This document shows, one piece after another, positions 26,282 through 32,000 of a stretch of 32,000 nucleotides of DNA. The stretch lies in the NCBI GenBank assembly GCA_942493105.1, contig OW818668.1, forward strand, positions 1,350,001 through 1,382,000. The letters are read 5' to 3'. Below the pieces are notes generated by a model. The model was not told the origin of the DNA. It searched no databases and saw nothing but the letters and a program-made list of their open reading frames with translations. The position numbers and the translations under genes were made by a program. This DNA comes from an uncultured Erysipelotrichaceae bacterium. Lineage in GTDB: Bacteria; Bacillota_I; Bacilli_A; Erysipelotrichales; Erysipelotrichaceae. Within the stretch, counting starts at the first letter, position 1; each line of letters starts with the position of its first letter.

Positions 26282-26787
26282 TGTTTGAAACAGCCAAGTC
26301 AATTCAACATAGAGATCCTGCAGCCAGAAGCCTGATTGAAGTTATCTTGCTTTATCCAGGGTATCATGCGGTCATTTATCATCGTTTTGCCCATTTCTTT
26401 TATAAAGCACATTTGTTTTTTATCGCCCGTTTGATTTCTCAAACCAATCGCTTTATGACAGGTATTGAAATTCATCCTGGAGCCAAGATTGGAAAACGTT
26501 TGTTTATCGATCATGGGATGGGAGTCGTCATCGGAGAAACTGCGGAGATCGGCGATGATTGTACGATCTATCATATGGTAACTTTAGGTGGTGTCAGTTT
26601 GGAAGCAGTCAAGCGTCATCCTACATTAAAAAACCGCATCATGATTGGAGCAGGGGCTTCTGTATTAGGTGCAGTTACCGTTGGGAACGATGTTAAAATC
26701 GGAGCCAATGCGGTCGTTGTTCGTGATGTCCCCGATGGGGAAACCGTCATCGGACATCGCTTTGATCAGCACTCACATAAACCTTAA
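26278..26787 (+). CDS. cysE: Serine O-acetyltransferase
   Basis: [44 protein letters not shown] gives hexapeptide repeats in CysE context. The start overlaps the mrp stop (ATGA). Confidence 0.85.
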   Translation: MMFETAKSIQHRDPAARSLIEVILLYPGYHAVIYHRFAHFFYKAHLFFIARLISQTNRFMTGIEIHPGAKIGKRLFIDHGMGVVIGETAEIGDDCTIYHMVTLGGVSLEAVKRHPTLKNRIMIGAGASVLGAVTVGNDVKIGANAVVVRDVPDGETVIGHRFDQHSHKP

Positions 26788-26807
26788 GCGACAAACGTCG
26801 CTTTTTT
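26787..26807 (+). terminator. Rho-independent terminator after cysE
   Basis: AGCGAC-aaac-GTCGCT followed by TTTTT. Confidence 0.65.
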
Positions 26808-26832
26808 ATTTGATCGATGAGGGTGGTTTTGT

Positions 26833-26861
26833 TTGAAAGCAGGCCTTGTTTACCCTATAAT
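26833..26861 (+). promoter_or_regulatory. Near-consensus sigma-A promoter ending 6 nt before ATG 26868
   Basis: TTGAAA (26833-26838), 17-nt spacer, TATAAT (26856-26861), then agagtc-ATG with no SD. Confidence 0.55.
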
Positions 26862-26867
26862 AGAGTC

Positions 26868-27641
26868 ATGGCTTATATCCAACCTCGCGGAAAAAAACGC
26901 AAATTGAAGATATTTAGAATATTAGTTCTAATGGGAATCACCCTACTTTTAGGTTTAGGTTCTTTTTGGACTTATACAACTTTCTTTAAAAAAGCACCTC
27001 ATCAAGAAACTTTAGATGATGTCTTGGTGGAGATGAAAGGGACATATACTAGAAAACTGATTGAGATCACTGATCCTTTTGTTTACACCAACACTCGCTT
27101 AGAAAAAGTTACGATTTTAGGTAAAGAAACAGATTTAGTGGCATTATATGCTAAATATGGCATTCTCTATTATCTGGCAGAACCAATGACTGAAGAGGAA
27201 ATCAATGCCCAATTCTTAGAGATCTATTTGTTTATGAAGCCCATCTATAAAGAAATCATTTCACGTGATTATGCGAGTGAAAAAAGAATCGATATGTTTG
27301 GTCATGAATATACTACTGTACAGCAGTATCAGCAAGTCGCTGAAGATTTCGTTAAAGGTTTAATGGTGTTTGCGACATCAATGAATCAATCAAGTGATGG
27401 CACATTCAATAAGTTTGATCGATCCTTCTTGTATGACGATATTCGAGAATATGTCATGTATAAAGAACCAGAAGGGGTCTTTATGCGCATGCAAGACAAA
27501 GCTGCGATGATTACCCGTTATGAGCGAGAATTGTTTGTCAGGATGTTTAAAGTCATGGCAATCATGCATCAAGATCTGTATAAGAAATATGGGATCACCT
27601 ATCAATGTGATTTGTGTCCAATCCCAAAACCAGTAAAATAA
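26868..27641 (+). CDS. Hypothetical single-pass membrane-anchored protein (no recognisable domain)
   Basis: MAYIQPRGKKRKLKIFRILVLMGITLLLGLGSFWTYTTFF gives a basic N-terminus plus one TM helix. A ~210-aa soluble region follows, ending in QCDLCPIPKPVK. I recognise no family motifs. The track ORF start at 26817 lies upstream of the predicted promoter. Confidence 0.55.
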   Translation: MAYIQPRGKKRKLKIFRILVLMGITLLLGLGSFWTYTTFFKKAPHQETLDDVLVEMKGTYTRKLIEITDPFVYTNTRLEKVTILGKETDLVALYAKYGILYYLAEPMTEEEINAQFLEIYLFMKPIYKEIISRDYASEKRIDMFGHEYTTVQQYQQVAEDFVKGLMVFATSMNQSSDGTFNKFDRSFLYDDIREYVMYKEPEGVFMRMQDKAAMITRYERELFVRMFKVMAIMHQDLYKKYGITYQCDLCPIPKPVK

Positions 27642-27652
27642 AAAAGATGATA

Positions 27653-27686
27653 AAAAAGGTGATGCTTAATTAAGTATCACCTTTTT
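27653..27686. terminator. Bidirectional terminator between the hypothetical gene and purA
   Basis: AAAAAGGTGAT...ATCACCTTTTT stem enclosing TTAATTAA. An A-tract lies on one side and a T-tract on the other. Confidence 0.7.
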
Positions 27687-27691
27687 AAATG

Positions 27692-28972
27692 TTATTTTTT
27701 TCTCGTCATGATTTGTTCGCGATTAGGCCCATTGGAAACCAATGCGATCTGAACGCCAATCAACTCTTCCAGTCGATCGACATAGATCTTTGCCTCAATC
27801 GGTAAATCATCATAATTTCTAATATGTGAGATATCACAATTCCAACCTTTTAGTGTTTCATAAATAGGAACACTGTGTTCAAGGCGGGTAATGTTGGGGA
27901 AATGTTCGCGACGTTTCCCATCGACTTCATAAGCCACACAGATCTTGATTTCATTCAAATAACCCAAGACATCCAAATTGGTCACACACACATGCGTTGC
28001 GCCTTGGACCTGACAACCATATCTTGTCGCCACCGCATCAAAGTAACCCATTCGTCTAGGACGACCTGTGGTTGCCCCGTATTCGCCTGCATCGCCGCCT
28101 TTTGAGCGTAAAATCTGAGCTTCTTCTAAATCGTGGATCTCAGTGACGAAAGGACCTGCCCCAACCGATGATGAATAAGCTTTCGTAACAGCCCAAATCT
28201 CATCGATGGCTTTTGGTAAACCTGCTCCGATAGGACCATAGAAAGATAAGGTTGAAGACGAAGTAGAATAAGGATATATCCCAAAGTCTGGGTCTCTTAA
28301 AGCTCCCAATTGACCTTCTAATAAAACAACTTTATGTTCATCCAGAGCAGTTTGAAAAAACTTGAATGTATCATGAACATAAGGGGCAATCATGGTTCTG
28401 TAGGAAATCAATTCAGCCATCAAATCTTCTTTTTTTAGAGGTTCTTTACCATATAAATGAACCAGTAAAGTGTTTTTAGCCGGCAAGATACGATCTAATT
28501 TTTCGGAGAGCCATTTTTCATCAAAGAGTTCTGAAACTTGGAAACCGACTTTGGCATATTTATCCGAGTAGAAAGGGGCAATACCACTTTTTGTGGAACC
28601 AAAAGCACCTTTACCTAAACGTTCTTCTTCATATTTATCAAAATTGACATGATAGCTCATCACGATCTGAACGCGATCAGATACGATGATTTTAGGAGCC
28701 GGTACATTTCTGACTTCTAAATCATGAAGTTCTTTGATGAAAGCGGGGATATTTAAAGCAACGCCATTTCCAATCACATTGGTAATATGACTGTAGAAAA
28801 CTCCAGACGGAAGCATATGTAAGGCAAACTTCCCATAGCTGTTGATGATCGTATGACCAGCATTATTACCGCCTTGATATCTTACGACGATATCGGATTC
28901 TTTCGCAAAGACATCGGTTAATTTGCCTTTGCCTTCATCACCCCAATTGGCGCCTACAACTGCTTTAATCAT
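27692..28972 (-). CDS. purA: Adenylosuccinate synthetase
   Basis: GANWGDEGKGK, GGNNAGHT and GTTGRPRR motifs. 426 aa. Confidence 0.95.
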   Translation of the reverse strand: MIKAVVGANWGDEGKGKLTDVFAKESDIVVRYQGGNNAGHTIINSYGKFALHMLPSGVFYSHITNVIGNGVALNIPAFIKELHDLEVRNVPAPKIIVSDRVQIVMSYHVNFDKYEEERLGKGAFGSTKSGIAPFYSDKYAKVGFQVSELFDEKWLSEKLDRILPAKNTLLVHLYGKEPLKKEDLMAELISYRTMIAPYVHDTFKFFQTALDEHKVVLLEGQLGALRDPDFGIYPYSTSSSTLSFYGPIGAGLPKAIDEIWAVTKAYSSSVGAGPFVTEIHDLEEAQILRSKGGDAGEYGATTGRPRRMGYFDAVATRYGCQVQGATHVCVTNLDVLGYLNEIKICVAYEVDGKRREHFPNITRLEHSVPIYETLKGWNCDISHIRNYDDLPIEAKIYVDRLEELIGVQIALVSNGPNREQIMTRKK

Positions 28973-30359
28973 GTGTGTTCTCCTTTAGTTTCTTTAAGTA
29001 AAGATCGGCAACATATAAGCCGTGAGCCGCTGCTTGAGATAATGAGCGGGTAAAACCAGCCCCATCTCCAATCGCAAAAACATTGGGCAAACGAACCAAT
29101 TCAAAATCAACCGTTTCTGGTCGAGCCGAATAGTATTTGCATTCCACCCCATAAAGCAAGGTGTCTGCATTGGCTGTCCCAGGTGCGATCTCATCAAGTG
29201 CGATCAATGTTTCAATGATGTTGTCAAGTTGACGTTTGGGCATACATAACGATAAATCACCTGCCACGGCCTTCAAAGTCGGATGGACCGTATTTTGAGA
29301 TAAGCGTTTTTCATCGGTACGTCTTCCTTGCATCAAATCACCAAAACGTTGAACCAAAACGGAGCCTCCACTGATCAAATTACCCATATGAGCAACATGT
29401 CTTGCATAATCAATGGGATCATTGAAAGGTGTGGTAAATTTTATGGTTGCCAATAAGGCAAAGTTAGAGTTGGGAGTTTTCTTATCTTCTTCTTTGAACG
29501 CATGACCGTTTACCGTTAAAATGTCATTGGTGTTTTCCATGACGACATGACCGCGTTCATTGAAACAAAACATGCGGGTGATGTCTCCGTATTTCTTGGA
29601 TCTGAACCAAATCTTAGGTTCATAGATAATTTTAGAGAAATGTTTCCAAACTTCATAAGGCAATTCAACGCGTACCCCAATATCAACTTGATTATTGATG
29701 AGGGGAATCTTGTTTTTTGCACACCAGTTTGAGAAGAAACGACTGCCGGCTCTACCAACCGCAAAAATAATCGCATCTGCAGCTATTTCATGAGTTTCTT
29801 TGGCTTTAAGATAGGTAACTATTTTGTTTTTACCATCGACATCTTTTACTTCGGCATCAGTCAGGATCGTTACTTTATGGCGTAAAGCATCCACGAGTTT
29901 GACCATGGTTATATAATTCGCATCTGTGCCTAAATGTTTGACTTGTGCTTGTTGCATATGAAGATCGTGCTGAAGGCAAAGTGTCTTGAGTTCATCAGAA
30001 GGCAGATAACGTTCTGTCGTTGCACCATGGCTGACCATGATCGCATCGGCTTGTTCTATGTAGTTTAAAACCGTATGGTTGGGTAAAAAATCTGTTAACC
30101 AACCTCCGTATTCAGTTGAGATAATGTATTTTCCATCAGAATAAGCACCAGCACCTGCCAGTCCTTCCATGACGCCGCAGGTTGGACAATTGATACAAGA
30201 AGGGACCTTACCTGTGATGATGGGACAGCTACGATGGGTAATATCATGTCCTTTTTCAATAAGGGTGATCTTTAGGGTGGGTTGTTTTTCAATCAGCCGA
30301 GTAGCTGCCATCAGGCCACTGATTCCACCACCGATAATAACGACGTTGACTTTGTCCAT
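28965..30359 (-). CDS. FAD-dependent oxidoreductase, COG2509-like (uncharacterised dehydrogenase)
   Basis: VNVVIIGGGISGLMAA dinucleotide-binding motif, cysteine cluster CPIITGKVPSCINCPTCG, and C-terminal GDGAGFTRS. ATG 30359 follows GGAGA. The 3' end overlaps the purA start by 8 nt. Confidence 0.7.
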   Translation of the reverse strand: MDKVNVVIIGGGISGLMAATRLIEKQPTLKITLIEKGHDITHRSCPIITGKVPSCINCPTCGVMEGLAGAGAYSDGKYIISTEYGGWLTDFLPNHTVLNYIEQADAIMVSHGATTERYLPSDELKTLCLQHDLHMQQAQVKHLGTDANYITMVKLVDALRHKVTILTDAEVKDVDGKNKIVTYLKAKETHEIAADAIIFAVGRAGSRFFSNWCAKNKIPLINNQVDIGVRVELPYEVWKHFSKIIYEPKIWFRSKKYGDITRMFCFNERGHVVMENTNDILTVNGHAFKEEDKKTPNSNFALLATIKFTTPFNDPIDYARHVAHMGNLISGGSVLVQRFGDLMQGRRTDEKRLSQNTVHPTLKAVAGDLSLCMPKRQLDNIIETLIALDEIAPGTANADTLLYGVECKYYSARPETVDFELVRLPNVFAIGDGAGFTRSLSQAAAHGLYVADLYLKKLKENTHD

Positions 30360-30379
30360 AGGTTTCTCCAACGTCCATT

Positions 30380-30408
30380 ATTTTACCTTAATTGAGTTCA
30401 ATTTACAA
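30380..30408 (-). promoter_or_regulatory. Promoter of the FAD-protein/purA operon
   Basis: Reverse strand reads TTGTAA-17 nt-TAAAAT, 20 nt upstream of ATG 30359. Confidence 0.5.
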
Positions 30409-30459
30409 CCACGTTTGACAGTTCAGGTGTCCTGTGTCAGAATAAATCCGAGGTGTTTT

Positions 30460-30852
30460 ATGGGAACAAAAGTCACGGCTATCTTAGATTTTAAGAACAC
30501 ATTTCAAGGACAACTTCAGTTGAGAGAAGGAGTCATCAACATTGGCTTGGCCGATGATGAAGCCAGACCTTATGATTTACTGCAAGGTGCTCTGGTATCT
30601 TGCTTACACTCAACATTCTTGGATATCTTAGAAAAGAAACGTTTGTCTATTGAGTTTGCCCATTATGAGGTTGAAGGTGAAAAACGTGATGATGTCCCAA
30701 CGACTTTAAAAAGTGTCCATGTTGTGGTCACTTTGCCTTTAGGAAATGAAGAAGCAATGATAAAATCCATGGAACTGGCTAAGAAATACTGTTCTGTATT
30801 CAATACAATTTCACAAGTTGCTGAAATGAGCCTTGAAATCCGCTTTAAATGA
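30460..30852 (+). CDS. OsmC/Ohr-family peroxiredoxin-like protein
   Basis: 130 aa with two conserved cysteines (ALVSCLHS, KKYCSVF) at OsmC-like spacing. ATG 30460 follows GAGGTG. The upstream 97 codons of the track ORF are antisense to the FAD gene. Confidence 0.7.
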   Translation: MGTKVTAILDFKNTFQGQLQLREGVINIGLADDEARPYDLLQGALVSCLHSTFLDILEKKRLSIEFAHYEVEGEKRDDVPTTLKSVHVVVTLPLGNEEAMIKSMELAKKYCSVFNTISQVAEMSLEIRFK

Positions 30853-30904
30853 CTTGATTTTACGATTTAGAGGTGTATGATGAGTAAGTCTTCGGGCAAA
30901 AAAC

Positions 30905-32000
30905 ATGAAAAAACACACATTTTTAGATAGATTTACTTTTGGATCACTTAAACCTGCACAGCAGATCGTTTTAAGTTTTGCCGGAGTCATATTGACTGGC
31001 GGCATTCTTTTATCGCTTCCCATCAGTAATCAATCCACAGCTCCCATCGTGCCATTTTTAGATCATTTGTTTACTTCAACTTCGGCGGTTTGTGTGACTG
31101 GTTTAACGACCATCGTCGTAGCGACCCAATACACTTTATTTGGTCATCTTGTGATCTTGTTTTTAATGCAAATCGGTGGTTTGGGACTTATGACTATGAT
31201 TGCAGCTTTTGTGATATATCTGGGCAGTAAGATGACCTTATCAGATCGTTTATCGATTCTAGAAGCAACCAATCGAGCTGGTTTTCATGATTTTAAGAAA
31301 TTCATCCTTAACATTGTTAAATATACTTTTATATTTGAATTTGTTGGATTTTTGATTATGTTGATACAATTGGTTCCTGAATATGGTTTATGGGACGGGA
31401 TGTTCAAATCACTATTTACAGCCGTCAGTGCTTTCTGTAATGCTGGGCTTGATATTTTTGGATCAACCAGCATGATCGAATATGTCAGTAACCCAATCAT
31501 GAGTTTGACTGTTGCTGCTTTGATTGTTATGGGTGGTTTAGGTTTTGGGGTATGGTTTGACTTATCCCGGGCATCTAAATCCATCATTAAGAATAGATTG
31601 GATACAAGAAATATCCTTCAACATCTAAAGATACACACAAAATTAGCTGTTATTATGACAATTCTTCTGATTGTTTCGGGATTGTTACTGATCTTTGGAT
31701 TCGAATATACAAATCCCAACAGTTTAGCATCACTAGATTTTGGAACAAAAATCATGTCGAGCTTATTTCAATCTGTTACATTGAGAACTGCTGGATTCGC
31801 GACCTTGAATATTGGGTTGTTACGACCAGCAACTCAAATGATCATGATCGTCTACATGTTTATCGGGGGTTCTCCTGGCGGTACAGCTGGCGGTATCAAA
31901 ACCACGACCTTTGCGATACTGATATTAATGATTTTTGCAGAACTTAGAAGTCAAAAAAACATCATCGTCTTTGGTAGGACGATTGAACGAGAACTCTTTA
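30905..32000 (+). CDS. TrkH/KtrB-family potassium transporter subunit (3' end outside the window)
   Basis: Open frame from ATG 30905 to the window edge, so it is absent from the track. LFTSTSAVCVTGL, MQIGGLGLMT, FTAVSAFCNAGL, MGGLGFGVW, TLRTAGF and GGSPGGTAGGIKTTT are the repeated pore-loop motifs of TrkH/KtrB. Confidence 0.85.
   Translation, partial: MKKHTFLDRFTFGSLKPAQQIVLSFAGVILTGGILLSLPISNQSTAPIVPFLDHLFTSTSAVCVTGLTTIVVATQYTLFGHLVILFLMQIGGLGLMTMIAAFVIYLGSKMTLSDRLSILEATNRAGFHDFKKFILNIVKYTFIFEFVGFLIMLIQLVPEYGLWDGMFKSLFTAVSAFCNAGLDIFGSTSMIEYVSNPIMSLTVAALIVMGGLGFGVWFDLSRASKSIIKNRLDTRNILQHLKIHTKLAVIMTILLIVSGLLLIFGFEYTNPNSLASLDFGTKIMSSLFQSVTLRTAGFATLNIGLLRPATQMIMIVYMFIGGSPGGTAGGIKTTTFAILILMIFAELRSQKNIIVFGRTIERELF

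Noticed and set aside
26200-26290. T-box or other cysteine-responsive leader upstream of cysE
   Set aside because: cysE starts inside the mrp stop codon (ATGA overlap), so no untranslated leader exists.
30415-30443. Inverted repeat TGACA...TGTCA overlapping the putative osmC promoter, as a MarR/OhrR-type operator
   Set aside because: The arms are only 5 bp, no regulator gene is adjacent, and a match of this size is easily due to chance.
30169-30459. N-terminal 97 codons of the 227-aa track ORF that contains OsmC
   Set aside because: This part is antisense to the 5' end of the FAD-protein gene and crosses both promoters. The OsmC homology begins at MGTKV (ATG 30460), which has its own GAGGTG SD.
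31285-31587. 100-aa reverse-strand ORF
   Set aside because: It is antisense to the well-supported TrkH/KtrB coding frame, with no independent signals.
1-32000. Search for CRISPR arrays, IS elements, prophage, toxin-antitoxin or defence-system genes
   Set aside because: I found no spaced direct repeats, no terminal inverted repeats, and no transposase, integrase or recombinase motifs. No nuclease/ATPase pairs typical of defence islands were seen. Every sizeable ORF except one has a housekeeping-type assignment.

Overview
Low-GC window (about 38% GC by eye) with standard-code usage: TGA is a stop and TGG encodes Trp. It is densely packed with about 40 genes and looks like ordinary core chromosome of a walled Bacillota-type organism. 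I see no rRNA, CRISPR array, transposase, integrase, phage gene or recognisable defence gene, and I could not identify a clear-cut novel system.

Content, left to right:
- ArsR-family regulator with a large unknown N-terminal domain, plus a small thioredoxin-fold CxxC protein
- VanY-like M15 peptidase, CorA, a CX5R tyrosine phosphatase, an SDR, and QueT on the reverse strand
- TcdA, an NYN/LOTUS protein, MurB and HflX
- Cysteine desulfurase, mini-thioredoxin and an exported glutaredoxin-like/CcdA-like membrane fusion
- SpeA-SpeE-SpeB polyamine operon, then MscL on the reverse strand
- Frameshifted TSUP/TauE permease, DEDDh exonuclease, small pyrophosphatase-like protein, RumA-type rRNA methyltransferase
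- Cof-type HAD on the reverse strand, LigB/DODA-type dioxygenase, solitary tRNA-Ala(CGC), VanZ
- Frameshifted MFS transporter, PLDc_N mini-protein, CpsB-like PHP phosphatase, GalE, atypical Fe-ADH-family protein
- Mrp/ApbC, CysE, an orphan membrane-anchored protein
- COG2509 FAD protein and PurA as a reverse-strand operon, OsmC, and the 5' part of a TrkH/KtrB K+ transporter

Most worth a second look:
1. The translationally coupled desulfurase / thioredoxin / exported-Grx-CcdA-like module (9.1-11.6 kb).
2. The ArsR fusion locus with a palindromic candidate operator (0.2-1.3 kb).
3. A roughly 3-fold excess of GATC across the window, from hand counts only.
4. A recurring SD-less '-10 box, 6 nt, ATG' architecture suggesting leaderless mRNAs.
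5. Two independent single-nucleotide frameshifts in transporters, plus a third suspicious start region at ktrB.
6. An Fe-ADH homologue with two of the four canonical metal ligands replaced.
7. Convergent gene pairs whose stop codons sit inside shared hairpins.
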